DNA of 63,774 nt, filler included, from Lama guanicoe (GCA_013239625.1; 154 parts of 154 records of this genome joined end to end with filler, not necessarily neighbours in it), one strand, 5' to 3'. Positions 1 through 12,828 are shown, counted from the first letter of the whole stretch. Numbers and translations are program-made. Notes: generated by a model from the sequence alone, not told the origin.

Positions 1-314
1 AGCCACAGAAGATCAGGAGCAAATGTAAGAGAAAAGGGAAGCCACTTCCAAATACATGCCCCCTGGTAGACTCTCTGTAGTTTGGAATATATTTGGAATA
101 TATTGCTTGAACCTGCAGTGAAGGATGTATTAAATTTTCTCAGATATTCTGTGTACATCTCAGCCCAGCTGAATGTGAAGTCATTTTATCATGAAATGCA
201 TGTACCACCAGTGGTCACTTCCATGATACATGTGTAGAGTCAAGGACAAAACTGGAATCAAGATCTAATATTTCCACAAGTATCAGTGAACATGAAACAA
301 GTAAACTGTCACTC

Positions 315-414
315 NNNNNNNNNNNNNNNNNNNNNNNNNNNNNNNNNNNNNNNNNNNNTTAATTAATTAANNNNNNNNNNNNNNNNNNNNNNNNNNNNNN
401 NNNNNNNNNNNNNN
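315..414. other. Artificial contig-joining spacer (N44-TTAATTAATTAA-N44); first of about 153 identical copies across the window
   Basis: An identical 100-base block recurs every ~414-416 bp. The 12-mer (359-370) is its own reverse complement, has TAA in all three frames and is always flanked by Ns. Confidence 0.99.
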
Positions 415-539
415 CCTTGTCAGGGCCTGAAAGCCCCCATGTACCCCCAAAAGGGCTGAGCTCACCTGCTTCACTGCCACCACGCCTCTTGACATCTCTG
501 CTTCAGTCACGTTTCATTTCTTCCTGTATCTCCAACAGG

Positions 540-728
540 TGAAGCAGGCTCCCACCTCTGGGCCTTTGTGCATGCTATCCACCCCTACCTGGAAGGCCCT
601 TCACATGACAGGCTCCTCCTCAGTCTCAGCTATTCCTCAGATCTCACCTCCTCAGTGAAGCTCCCCTTGGCTCCAAGATGGGCCCCTCTCATTCCCTGAC
701 AAAGCCTTCTTTTCCTTCTTTGCCAGCT
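540..728 (+). mobile_element. L2 LINE fragment (3' region)
   Basis: CTCCCACCTCTGGGCCTTTG...CCTGGAAGGCCCTT...TCACCTCCTCAGTGAAGC resembles the L2 consensus as recalled. Confidence 0.65.
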
Positions 729-1242
729 NNNNNNNNNNNNNNNNNNNNNNNNNNNNNNNNNNNNNNNNNNNNTTAATTAATTAANNNNNNNNNNNNNNNN
801 NNNNNNNNNNNNNNNNNNNNNNNNNNNNCCAAAGTCAGAGTGTGGACTGGGTTCTGCCCAGCGACCTAGAGGAAGGAGGGAGAAGGAGAGACTCTGAAGC
901 CACCAGGAGAGATGAAGAAGGTGACCCCAGCCCGTCCGGCACCCTCACCTACAGGCGGATGTGTGACAGTGGCAGGACTGGCCCTCTGGCCTGGGTGTCC
1001 CCCTCTCCAGGCTCGGGGTAGGGAGGAGGGTGAGGGGTTGGGGGCATCCAGCACTGTGGGACCAGCCCTTTGTTGGGGGTGGGAGCCTGGCCGGCGACCC
1101 CAGGGGACCCCTTCTACAGACACCCGGCCACAGCCCCTCCCCNNNNNNNNNNNNNNNNNNNNNNNNNNNNNNNNNNNNNNNNNNNNTTAATTAATTAANN
1201 NNNNNNNNNNNNNNNNNNNNNNNNNNNNNNNNNNNNNNNNNN

Positions 1243-1556
1243 AATAATAGTTGATCTAGAAAAATTAAGAGACTAGCCTGAGCATTTCTGAAAGGGAAGT
1301 GTTTTGCCAGATATGAAAACATATCATAGTAATGCAGTAAAAAATTGATTTCGTGCCGGTACAGGAATGTACAGAGTTCAAGGGGACAGAAAGAAGACTA
1401 GAACACCTGTGAGTTTAATGTGTGATAAAAACTGACACTTCAACACAGTGGGAGAGAAGACAACTTATTCAACAAATGGTGCTACTTCAACTATTGGATA
1501 AAGATAGGTGGAGTGTGGGGGAACACAATCTCATTCCATAGACAATAATGAATTTG
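1243..1556 (+). mobile_element. Old L1 ORF2 fragment
   Basis: Degenerate L1 ORF2 motifs: CCAGATATGAAAACATATCAT, CAGTGGGAGAGAAGACAACTTATTCAACAAATGGTGCT. Confidence 0.7.
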
Positions 1557-1684
1557 NNNNNNNNNNNNNNNNNNNNNNNNNNNNNNNNNNNNNNNNNNNN
1601 TTAATTAATTAANNNNNNNNNNNNNNNNNNNNNNNNNNNNNNNNNNNNNNNNNNNNAGAATTTTGTATCAAGAAGTTGAAGGTC

Positions 1685-1970
1685 TGGAGAGATTGAATCA
1701 AGATGGCGGAGTAGTAGAACCACAAAGTTGCCTCTCCTTGCAACCACAATAAAACCCACAACTGACTTCTGGACAGCCATTGAGAAAAAAGACTAGAGTC
1801 CAGCAAAAAGGATCTGCTTGAACAGGAAACACTGAGACGGAACCACAACAGAAAGGTAGGAAGCACGCGCTCACAATATAGTCGGGGCCCATATCCTCTG
1901 GGTGGGCAACCCACAAGCTGAAGAACAATTAAGTCACAGAGGTAATCCCACAGGAGAGTTCTGAGCCTCA
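1685..1970 (+). mobile_element. L1 5' end / 5' UTR with YY1-type motif
   Basis: GAATCAAGATGGCGGAGTAG (AAGATGGCGG at 1700-1709) is typical of mammalian L1 5' termini. It is followed by L1-UTR-like GGGTGGGCAACCCACAAGCTGAAGAACAAT. Confidence 0.7.
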
Positions 1971-4900
1971 NNNNNNNNNNNNNNNNNNNNNNNNNNNNNN
2001 NNNNNNNNNNNNNNTTAATTAATTAANNNNNNNNNNNNNNNNNNNNNNNNNNNNNNNNNNNNNNNNNNNNGAAACACACGTGCTCATAGGCACGCAGGTC
2101 TGCATCCAGGCCCATCTCTGTGTCTGTCTGTGTACCCCGAGGAGCCTTGGTTCACATCAGCACCTCCACGTACAGTTCCGTGCCGCCCACTTACTCAAGC
2201 TGCCGTCTCTCCACACTTAGGCTCGCCTGCATTGCCCCTGCTGGCCCCAGCCTCTGCTTACTGCTGCCTCCCCAGCGCACGGCCAGTTCTTTGAGCAGAG
2301 CGGACTGCTGCCATGCTTGGACACTGTCTTTGCACAGGTCCCGACCCGCCCCCATCACTGGGCTCCGTTGCTCTGTGCTTCTGGNNNNNNNNNNNNNNNN
2401 NNNNNNNNNNNNNNNNNNNNNNNNNNNNTTAATTAATTAANNNNNNNNNNNNNNNNNNNNNNNNNNNNNNNNNNNNNNNNNNNNATTGTGTACGTGGTGT
2501 AGCTAGAAGACTGAAGGATTGAGATTGAAACCCCGGGTCTGTCTCATCCCAGTTATATTAAAAAAGTTTTAAATTGGTCTAAAATGTTTCTTGTAACAAC
2601 ATTGAAAGTACTGCGGAATGCCACCAGGAGTTTCTACAAATTGAATGTATTCAGGGATAGAAGGAAATAGCTTTTATATTCAAGGGTTAAAAGGAAATCT
2701 ATGATAAATCACTTTAATAAATTTTGCAATCTAAGGGTGATAGTTAATTATTGACTCTTTTCTTATACGGAAAGGAATAAGGATGCTTTCAGATTCCTNN
2801 NNNNNNNNNNNNNNNNNNNNNNNNNNNNNNNNNNNNNNNNNNTTAATTAATTAANNNNNNNNNNNNNNNNNNNNNNNNNNNNNNNNNNNNNNNNNNNNGG
2901 GGGGGCTTTTCTGCACCAGTAGAGCCCAGAAGCTTGGGGTTCAGCTGTAGTATCCTCCCTGGGAGGGCTTCAGGCCTGGCTCCAACCAGGTGACTGGTCC
3001 AGGAGTGGCACAGACAGATGGAACGTTCCTTGACATCCCGTTGGTAGGCAAAATCATCATTCTTTTTCCTGCAGGATCCTGGCACACTTGTGTTGAGTGT
3101 GTATGATTTGACTTCATACTGAATTCCAAAGGTCGCAAGAAAGGGGCTGAGTTTCATGGCTTTCTGAGGCTGCTGGAGGGGGGCTGAGATGCGGGTGGGC
3201 ATCCCTACAGATNNNNNNNNNNNNNNNNNNNNNNNNNNNNNNNNNNNNNNNNNNNNTTAATTAATTAANNNNNNNNNNNNNNNNNNNNNNNNNNNNNNNN
3301 NNNNNNNNNNNNCTGAGCTTTTTGCCATTAAACCCAGGGGAAAGCACTTAATATCATGCGCCTAAGGCTGGGCCGCGTTACAAAGCAGTTAGTCTTGGTG
3401 TCTGTGTACTGCTTTGCAGTCAAGGTCTCAAAAGATGAACACTATCTGGTAACAGGTGACAAAAAGTTTTTTTAAATATTCAGACACATCCAAACCAGAT
3501 GTCTTTCATTTCACATCACCCACCTCCATGTGTACCGAGCACTGCTTCCGGATGTAGAGGTGGAAGAACTTCTGACATGCTCCGGCTAAATGCCACTTGT
3601 TCTTTCTGTGTCTGAGTGGTAGAGGTNNNNNNNNNNNNNNNNNNNNNNNNNNNNNNNNNNNNNNNNNNNNTTAATTAATTAANNNNNNNNNNNNNNNNNN
3701 NNNNNNNNNNNNNNNNNNNNNNNNNNTGGGCCCCTGTATCTGGCACACAGCTAAGGAGAGTGCTGGCGCGTGAAATCAGGTCCCTGATTCATTCAGCAAA
3801 CACTGATGAGCCCCTACCAGGAAGCCCCCTGGGTGAAGGACTTGGGGGGCTCAAGGGCTTTCTTCACCCTGTGGGTCTCCTACAGTCCCCGTGCTGGGTG
3901 CCCACCAGGCTCTGGGCGTGGCCCGCCTGGTGTGGGTGGCCCAAGCTTGGGGTGCAGGAGCTGGGCGGGGCGGCCACCCCGCTGTGTTCCTCCGTTGTCT
4001 CTGGCACAATGGGGCTCTGAGGGCATTCCTGTCCAGCGGGNNNNNNNNNNNNNNNNNNNNNNNNNNNNNNNNNNNNNNNNNNNNTTAATTAATTAANNNN
4101 NNNNNNNNNNNNNNNNNNNNNNNNNNNNNNNNNNNNNNNNGCCTAACAATAAAAAATGCTGTATAGCAATCATGCATTTACAAGTTAATGACTAACCACT
4201 AAGTCAGCTTAAAACTTTCTAGCCTGAGGGAAACATGGTCATACAAAGCCTGAGTATCTGTAAAGAAAACTAAATAATCTGCCTAGAAACACAAGTATTT
4301 CTGATACAAATATTAGAAAGAATTCTCTTCAATGACTCTACATAGAGAGACAGTTGTACAACATAAAAATATATCAATCTCCTTGCAGTACGTACAGGGA
4401 TGAGTTGCCAGAGGTGGTTTGGGTAAATCTGCAATATAGATGAATGGGCTACAGNNNNNNNNNNNNNNNNNNNNNNNNNNNNNNNNNNNNNNNNNNNNTT
4501 AATTAATTAANNNNNNNNNNNNNNNNNNNNNNNNNNNNNNNNNNNNNNNNNNNNGGAGAGCTGATGAGTGCCCTCCGTAGCTCTTCAAAGAGGCTGGTCT
4601 GAATAAGGTAGCTTTGGGGGTGACGCACAGCTTTCTCTGGGACCAAAGAAGCCACTCAAAATGGAAAGGAGGCTCTAGGTAAAAAATAGGGTGAGAACTG
4701 TCTAGCTTGTCATCAAAGAACAGTTTCCAAAGGAGACTAAACCCCTACAACTGAGTTTGTGTCTGTGCAGATGTAAATCTTGTTGCTGTTTGTTTTGCTT
4801 TTTAAAATTTTATTCAGAAACCTCTTTCCTTGGGAAAATGGTTAGATGATCAGGAGGGGAAAAAAAAANNNNNNNNNNNNNNNNNNNNNNNNNNNNNNNN

Positions 4901-7038
4901 NNNNNNNNNNNNTTAATTAATTAANNNNNNNNNNNNNNNNNNNNNNNNNNNNNNNNNNNNNNNNNNNNACTCACTTTGCTAATTGTGTACTTACAGAGCT
5001 CACTTCACCGCCCTCCCCTAGGCTCAGGCTCCACAGTAAAGTGCTGGTGAGCCTCCCTCTTTTCCGGAAGGAGATGCATTTAGCTGGTATCCTTCTATAC
5101 CTCGCCAGACTTAGAATTTTAGTTTGTTGTTTTAATTTCATTTTCTGTTGGCCATCTCCTGACAGGAGAGACATTTTATCTCATGGTTATGTTTTAATTA
5201 GCTGTTACTGAGAATTGCTGATCTGATCCATAATGTATGTATTTTATTAACTTTGTAGAGTATTTATCATTTTTCTGTCTTTNNNNNNNNNNNNNNNNNN
5301 NNNNNNNNNNNNNNNNNNNNNNNNNNTTAATTAATTAANNNNNNNNNNNNNNNNNNNNNNNNNNNNNNNNNNNNNNNNNNNNGGCCTCTGAGGCTGTAGA
5401 AACAGGACCAGCTCTGGGAGGCTGAGGGTAACGGATGCGGAAATGGGTGGGAAGGGCTGGGCTTGGCCGCTGCGCGGTGGGAGCACAGAGGTGGGAGGCC
5501 CCTGTCGCAGTCGGCACTGCGGAAATGACCCGTCCTCCCTTGCAGAAGCCTGGCAGGACTGTGCAGAGTTCCCCAGGGATCAGGACCATCAGCCGGACCA
5601 CATGCGGCTGACACTGTGTTGCTGGCAGGAGCCGAGGAGTGGTAGCCTGAGCAGGCTTTTGTTCCCTTCAGGTCAGCTGTGTGGGAATCCGGGATTNNNN
5701 NNNNNNNNNNNNNNNNNNNNNNNNNNNNNNNNNNNNNNNNTTAATTAATTAANNNNNNNNNNNNNNNNNNNNNNNNNNNNNNNNNNNNNNNNNNNNTGAA
5801 GCTTACAATGCTGAAGACTCAAGGCTAGGGAGGCTGTTCTCTAGGACACTCTGCACGTCCTCTCTCCCAGTTGTGTAGTACACTTAGCAGGACTCAGTGG
5901 TGCTTTTCTAAGCTGTTCGTAATGGTTGTACTCATTACTGTAATAATGTCAATTGAGTATTAGATTACCAAAGAAATACGAATATCAAAATAAAAATGCT
6001 GTCTTGTGAGAACTAGGTTGACAAAAAGTAATTCAAGTAGATCATTTGACTAAAGCTAAAACTATAAAACATTTAGAAGAAAACATGGGAGACAATCTTT
6101 TTTTTTTTTTNNNNNNNNNNNNNNNNNNNNNNNNNNNNNNNNNNNNNNNNNNNNTTAATTAATTAANNNNNNNNNNNNNNNNNNNNNNNNNNNNNNNNNN
6201 NNNNNNNNNNTTTTTTTGTGGCTAAGTATATCAGACAACATTTTAATTGATGATTAAAAAAAGGGCTTCCTTACTGTGTTTAGTAGGAGCAAAAGGTTTC
6301 TATCAACAACAGGATTACTGTAGTATTAGGCTTATAATAAGTAATACACTCAAGAAATACACTAAATTTTTTCAAAGTTTATTGACATTAAGCAATTGGA
6401 TTTTTTTCTTTAAATATTTAAATTCACAGTATTTTCCTTTGTGTTAATTAAGTAGTTACAGCATAAAGATTGCTGTGAACTGAATATATGTATAATAAAT
6501 TCTCAACAAATAAGCATTGTTACTNNNNNNNNNNNNNNNNNNNNNNNNNNNNNNNNNNNNNNNNNNNNTTAATTAATTAANNNNNNNNNNNNNNNNNNNN
6601 NNNNNNNNNNNNNNNNNNNNNNNNACATTCCTGCCTCTCTTGAAGAGTTGTTTTAAAGCTCAATGAGAAAAAAGTAGAAAAAAGTTTATCAACAAATGGC
6701 AATGCTATATAAGAATACAATCTTCTTGATTAATTAGTATATCATGGATCCAGGTTTGCACCAGGCTGATTTTTTCCCCCAAATTTAGGTATTCACCTAA
6801 CAGGAGAATTGGTGAATCCAATAAAACAGAGGATCCTGGGTGCATCTTCCTGATGAAAACTCTTGGCCACAACTTTTCCAAATGGAAAAAAAAGGCTAAA
6901 GGCAGACATAAATTCCAGACAAAGAGGCCCGGGGCAAANNNNNNNNNNNNNNNNNNNNNNNNNNNNNNNNNNNNNNNNNNNNTTAATTAATTAANNNNNN
7001 NNNNNNNNNNNNNNNNNNNNNNNNNNNNNNNNNNNNNN

Positions 7039-7352
7039 GTATGATCTATAAAAGAAAAGAACTGGACTTCATTAAAATTAAATTAAATTAATGAATTTTG
7101 TTAATTAAATTTCAGAAAATGAAAAGATAAGCCGAAGACTCTGAGAAAATATTTTCAAATCATGTATCTGATAAAGGACTTTTACCTAGAATACGTGAAG
7201 GAATCTTACACTTCAGCATGAACAGATAACCCAGTTAAAATCTATGCAAAAGATCTGAATAGACATTATTCCAAAGAAAATATACAAATGGCCCATAAGC
7301 ACACGAAACGACGTTCAACATCAGTAGTCATCAAGAAAGAGCAAAAAAAAAA
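7039..7352 (+). mobile_element. L1 ORF2 C-terminal fragment
   Basis: GAGAAAATATTTTCAAATCATGTATCTGATAAAGG and AAAGATCTGAATAGACAT...CAAAGAAAATATACAAATGGCC are L1 ORF2 motifs. Confidence 0.85.
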
Positions 7353-7702
7353 NNNNNNNNNNNNNNNNNNNNNNNNNNNNNNNNNNNNNNNNNNNNTTAA
7401 TTAATTAANNNNNNNNNNNNNNNNNNNNNNNNNNNNNNNNNNNNNNNNNNNNCACCAGTCTGAAAGTCAGAAATCCTGCTAATACAGTAGTAGAGACAAA
7501 GCGATCAGATCACCGTGACAATGTAGTCCGCTTCTACTGTGACGTTAACGATTCTTTGTTGTGAGAACTCATTGTTAGATAATAGAAAGAAATTTGAGAT
7601 CCTTCCGAATTTGCTAAGAAAACTAATTGATTTTTGAGGCAGATTTGTGGAAAGGAATGTATTTCATGTGTGCAGTGTTCAAGTATGAATATATATATTT
7701 AG

Positions 7703-7765
7703 TGGAGGTAATGGGAATTGAACCCAGGACCTTGTGCATGCTAAGCGCATGCTCTACCACTGAGC
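7703..7765 (-). mobile_element. tRNA-Ala-derived SINE (camelid vic-1-like), truncated by contig end
   Basis: Reverse complement reads GCTCAGTGGTAGAGCATGCGCTTAGCATGCACAAGGTCCTGGGTTCAATTCCCATTACCTCCA, a tRNA-Ala(AGC)-like head with A and B boxes and an AT-rich tail. Confidence 0.8.
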
Positions 7766-8889
7766 NNNNNNNNNNNNNNNNNNNNNNNNNNNNNNNNNNN
7801 NNNNNNNNNTTAATTAATTAANNNNNNNNNNNNNNNNNNNNNNNNNNNNNNNNNNNNNNNNNNNNTATATATATAGGCCTGAAATAGAAGAAAAAGATGG
7901 CGATGGACTGTAAGGAGGTCTGGGCTACTGTCTCAATTTGGCAGCAAACCAGCTACAAGACTTTGGGCCAGTCCCTCAACCCAACTAGGCAAGTTTCCTT
8001 ATCTGTAGATGAGGAAAATAATGAGAGAATAAGGGTTCAGATACAGTCTTGCAAATGGAAGATAAAGTTGAAGGAAAACAAAGATTGGATTGTACAGAAA
8101 GGGAAATGGTAGCATAAGGACTTTTATTATTAACCTTATCATGTAGTGACTGGGAGCAACTGAAGGCTTCTGAACTGGGNNNNNNNNNNNNNNNNNNNNN
8201 NNNNNNNNNNNNNNNNNNNNNNNTTAATTAATTAANNNNNNNNNNNNNNNNNNNNNNNNNNNNNNNNNNNNNNNNNNNNTTTTTTTTCAAATTTTTCACA
8301 TGAATTTTTGCTTTAAAAAATAAAGCAAAGGCTTATTTTTTTTAAACAAAAGTTTCACTCTGACTTCTAATCTAGGATAAAGCAATGTTCATCAACTTGA
8401 TGTTTGACCAGGCATTCAAGAGGGTTTGATGACAATCATTTCTGTAAATTGGATTCTTATAGGCAAAAACTTTCCCCATAGATTTTCTTACAAATTTGGC
8501 TAGTGATGTTACTGGCGATTACACGAGTTGTTTTGCTATCATTTAGTCAATGAATGATCCATATCAGAAAGTTGCTTCACAAAAGAAAAAAAANNNNNNN
8601 NNNNNNNNNNNNNNNNNNNNNNNNNNNNNNNNNNNNNTTAATTAATTAANNNNNNNNNNNNNNNNNNNNNNNNNNNNNNNNNNNNNNNNNNNNAGTGGTG
8701 TAGTTGGGACAAAGCCAGATTACTATAGGATAAAAAGTGAATCGAGTTAAGAAAAATGGAGCTAGCAAGACCATTTCATTAAGTAAGCATTAGTTGAGCG
8801 CCAGCTGTGAGCTAAATACCTAGCAAGGTACACCAGGTGATAATGTCCCCCTCTTAAAGAGGCGGAATGGCAGAAGTTAAAATAAAGAG

Positions 8890-9007
8890 AAGGAATGTAA
8901 GCCCTTTGGGATCAGGGGTTTTTGTCAACGTTGTTCACTGCTGTATCCCTCTGCCCGGATCAGTGCCTGATACATAGTAGGATCTCAACAAATATTTGTT
9001 GAATGAA
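8890..9007 (+). mobile_element. L2 3' terminus
   Basis: TGTTCACTGCTGTATCCC...CAGTGCCTGATACATAGTAGGATCTCAACAAATATTTGTTGAATGAA is the canonical L2 3' end. Confidence 0.9.
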
Positions 9008-9162
9008 NNNNNNNNNNNNNNNNNNNNNNNNNNNNNNNNNNNNNNNNNNNNTTAATTAATTAANNNNNNNNNNNNNNNNNNNNNNNNNNNNNNNNNNNNN
9101 NNNNNNNCACCTTGAGAATGGGCCAGCAAATGCTCTGGATTCAGGCGGACTCCTTAACAAAA

Positions 9163-9421
9163 TGTGCTACTGTGGCATAAAATAAACATACAGATCAATG
9201 GAATAGAATCCAAAATCCAGAGATACACCTTTCCGTTTACGGTCAGTTTCTTTTCAGTAGGGATATTGAGACAATTCAACGGAGGAAAGCATAGTCTTTC
9301 TAAAAATTGCTGGGACAACTGCTATCCACATGGAAGAGTAAAGTTAGACCATTTCCTACCACATGAACAGAACTTAAGTCAAAATGGATCACAGAACTCA
9401 ATGTAAGAACTGGAGTTTTGA
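9163..9421 (+). mobile_element. L1 ORF2 fragment
   Basis: ACATACAGATCAATGGAATAGAAT and AAATTGCTGGGACAACTGCTATCCACATG match the L1 ORF2 IDQWNR and KWCWENW regions. Confidence 0.85.
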
Positions 9422-9521
9422 NNNNNNNNNNNNNNNNNNNNNNNNNNNNNNNNNNNNNNNNNNNNTTAATTAATTAANNNNNNNNNNNNNNNNNNNNNNN
9501 NNNNNNNNNNNNNNNNNNNNN

Positions 9522-9835
9522 GAACATCTTGGCCATCATTACTTTAAACTCCTTCTCAGATAAATTGCCTTTCTCCTCATCACTTATTTCTTCCTCTGGG
9601 ATTTTATCTTGTGGCTTGGCCTGGGAGGCACTCCTCTGCCACCCCATATTGTCTATCTTTCTGTTTGTACTTTTAGGTAGGTTGGTTACGTTCCTCGACC
9701 TTGGAGAGGTGGCCCCTGTGGGAGATGTCCTGCGCATCCCAGAAGTGCATTCCTCTCTTGTCACCCAAAGGCCAGGGTCCGGCCAGTCCCAGTGCAGACT
9801 CTGGCCTGTGTTTGTGGACTCCTTCCACAGGCTTT
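9522..9835 (-). mobile_element. L1 5' UTR end and ORF1p N-terminus (ATG at 9647)
   Basis: Minus-strand MGWQRSASQAKPQDKIPEEEISDEEKGNLSEKEFKVMMAKMF resembles the laurasiatherian L1 ORF1p N-terminal motif (E-x-G-N-L-x-E-K-E-F-K/R-x-M). Confidence 0.8.
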
Positions 9836-12283
9836 NNNNNNNNNNNNNNNNNNNNNNNNNNNNNNNNNNNNNNNNNNNNTTAATTAATTAANNNNNNNNN
9901 NNNNNNNNNNNNNNNNNNNNNNNNNNNNNNNNNNNAAAAAAGAAAATGGCTTAAATATTGAAAAATTACCATATGATTAATATTCCCTCTCTTCCAAAAT
10001 CATCACCAAACTTCAGACATACACATACTCTTTTATTTCCCACCCTTCTCATAATTTCTTGGAGTTTTGTTGCTGTTCTTCTAAATTCAAGTTTTCTTCA
10101 GGATTATCATCAAACCGTTTTTGTATTACTCTTCAAAAGTCAGCTCATGGCCAAATCTCATGGGCCCTGACTTGACATCTTCAAACTTAAGAAAGTACTG
10201 AAGCAAATAAAATCAAGACAAATGTTATAAATTTTAAATAAATGAAAATNNNNNNNNNNNNNNNNNNNNNNNNNNNNNNNNNNNNNNNNNNNNTTAATTA
10301 ATTAANNNNNNNNNNNNNNNNNNNNNNNNNNNNNNNNNNNNNNNNNNNNTTGAAGCTAAGGAAAAACAGAGCAGCGAATGGTACAGGGTCTGGCTTCAAA
10401 AGGCCCTTCCCAGCCAACATATCCAAGCTCGTCAGCAGAAACTGTGATTCTGCAGAAATCAGATGTGGTTTTTCCCTGATAGGTAAAATGAACCTTGTCA
10501 GTTGAAACGAGCTGCTCCCCTGGGCACCGGGAGCCAGGCAGTTCCTGGGAAGGGCTTCAGGGTAGCAGACCTGGGAGGAGGACGGGGTTGGCCTGGAGGC
10601 CATCAGCTAACTGTGTATGTAGAGTAAGTGGGCAGCGGAGAGAGGCCTGATGGTCTGAAATACNNNNNNNNNNNNNNNNNNNNNNNNNNNNNNNNNNNNN
10701 NNNNNNNTTAATTAATTAANNNNNNNNNNNNNNNNNNNNNNNNNNNNNNNNNNNNNNNNNNNNCCATCCATCTCTCTTTCCTTTTCCTCTTTTTTTTGGA
10801 GGAGGGGGGTCATTTTGTAAAACTTTCCCATATGATCAAGGAACCGCTACATGGCAATCATGGTGCCTTGGGGGAAAAAAGCATGGAACAGCAAACAGGG
10901 GGCATTTATCTAGTGCTTATTATATGCCAGGCCCTGATCTAAGTACTTTATAAGTTCATTTAACTCCCACATCAACCCTTCAGGGTAGAGCCAGGAGGCC
11001 TGATTCAGGACCCAGAGGCAACGATCAACAGAGACGGGCATGTCGCTGCCTCCCTGCCTCTTCTGTCTGTCTCAGGGNNNNNNNNNNNNNNNNNNNNNNN
11101 NNNNNNNNNNNNNNNNNNNNNTTAATTAATTAANNNNNNNNNNNNNNNNNNNNNNNNNNNNNNNNNNNNNNNNNNNNAGGCAGGCTTATTTTCCATGCAA
11201 AATGTCACAAAAGTCAAAGTTATCACGGGGAACGCTCGTTTTGACTCTGACAGTTTGCTGAGTTCTGTGTCATCTATGGCTCCTTAAGGCTAAAGAATGT
11301 TTATAAAGTTTGAGGCAACCACTGGAAAGACACTGTCCTGCACTTCCGTCTGTTAAAGGGCACAAGTACAATTTGACGGCAAGGTCTCATTCAAGAACGG
11401 CTTTGGCGAAGTACAACCTGGAAGCGATTCAAGCCTATAATGGCCTTAGTTATTAGGCGGTGAGGAGGCCTATGTTAAGTCCGGTTTGAGCNNNNNNNNN
11501 NNNNNNNNNNNNNNNNNNNNNNNNNNNNNNNNNNNTTAATTAATTAANNNNNNNNNNNNNNNNNNNNNNNNNNNNNNNNNNNNNNNNNNNNCTTTGAATT
11601 GGGCCTTAAAGCTTCCAGAATGACTCCTGCCCATGGTCTTTCTCTAGAAGCACCTCCCAAGCTGTTTCACAAAATTAACTCAATTGTTTATGATATGACT
11701 ACATAATTTTTCTCCATCTTGATTTGTTCTGTTTTGTGTGTGTCCCCTGCCCATCCCTTATGTCATAACCCCTTGGGAGACTCTGGGAACCGTAGCTTCT
11801 CTTGGGTCCCCCCATACCAGCTTGGTGCTGCGACTGGACCAAGGGCACCAGCCTGGGAGCCCAGGTGCGTGGGCAGGCGCTCCTCGCTGCCTCCCCGCCC
11901 TCCCCNNNNNNNNNNNNNNNNNNNNNNNNNNNNNNNNNNNNNNNNNNNNTTAATTAATTAANNNNNNNNNNNNNNNNNNNNNNNNNNNNNNNNNNNNNNN
12001 NNNNNTGAGTTTCCACCCACATGGGCTCACTGTAGTCTGTGTTCCTGTACACTAGGCTCCGCTGCTTCTCAGTACAAGTTAGCACTGTTCACAACACCAG
12101 AAATAGTCAGGAAGGGCCAACTGCAGTCAAGGCTTGATGAAAGCTGGGAGCTGTGGTAGGGATGACGTGGAGCTATATTTACTGACATGTAACAATGCCC
12201 GTTATGTACAACTGATTAGAACAGATTTTATTATTTATATGGTATGATTACTCTCTCTCCATCCTCCACCTCACTCCCACCCC

Positions 12284-12286
<3 letters not shown>

Positions 12287-12314
<28 letters not shown>
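12287..12314. repeat. (CA)n microsatellite at contig end
   Basis: Pure AC repeat running into the spacer. Confidence 0.95.
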
Positions 12315-12828
12315 NNNNNNNNNNNNNNNNNNNNNNNNNNNNNNNNNNNNNNNNNNNNTTAATTAATTAANNNNNNNNNNNNNNNNNNNNNNNNNNNNNN
12401 NNNNNNNNNNNNNNCGAATCTCTAGGTGAACAGACCTTGGTATGTTTGTATGAGATGCCCGCCTGTGAGAGGCCTTTTACTCCTGCATCTGAAGCATCAG
12501 CCAGGACAACAAACCTTCCAGCAACATGATCTTTACAACCCTGTTCACGTCCATTTCCGCTTTATTCATCCCGGCTGGGGGTCTTTTTTGGAAACCAAGA
12601 GAAATGGAAATGTTGCCTTTGTCCTGCTGCCCTTCCTTCTCTCGATATATTTTTCCCTTGAGATGCCTCCCAGACGTCATCACATCCCCACATGGTCGGT
12701 AACGTCTGGTTTCAGGGTGCAGGGTGCTNNNNNNNNNNNNNNNNNNNNNNNNNNNNNNNNNNNNNNNNNNNNTTAATTAATTAANNNNNNNNNNNNNNNN
12801 NNNNNNNNNNNNNNNNNNNNNNNNNNNN

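Noticed and set aside
3520..3563. Imperfect hairpin CCACCTC...GAGGTGG, considered as a pre-miRNA
   Set aside because: Only 7 contiguous pairs, expected by chance in this much sequence, and no recognised mature miRNA.
4997..5046. Possible 50-nt exon (TTACAG acceptor, GTGAGC donor) and a miR-17-family-like TAAAGTGCTG
   Set aside because: No recognisable peptide, the length is not frame-preserving, the same bases also read as a minus-strand donor, and the miRNA similarity stops after 10 nt.
7703..7765. Functional tRNA-Ala gene (also 25254-25310)
   Set aside because: The copies differ from each other and from tRNA-Ala at CpG and stem positions and carry AT-rich tails, which fits SINE copies.
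11178..11491. Possible non-mammalian contaminant or coding fragment (moderate CpG, short open frame ...LAKYNLEAIQAYNGLSY*)
   Set aside because: No recognisable homology or long ORF; equally consistent with ordinary non-coding host DNA. A BLAST search would be needed.
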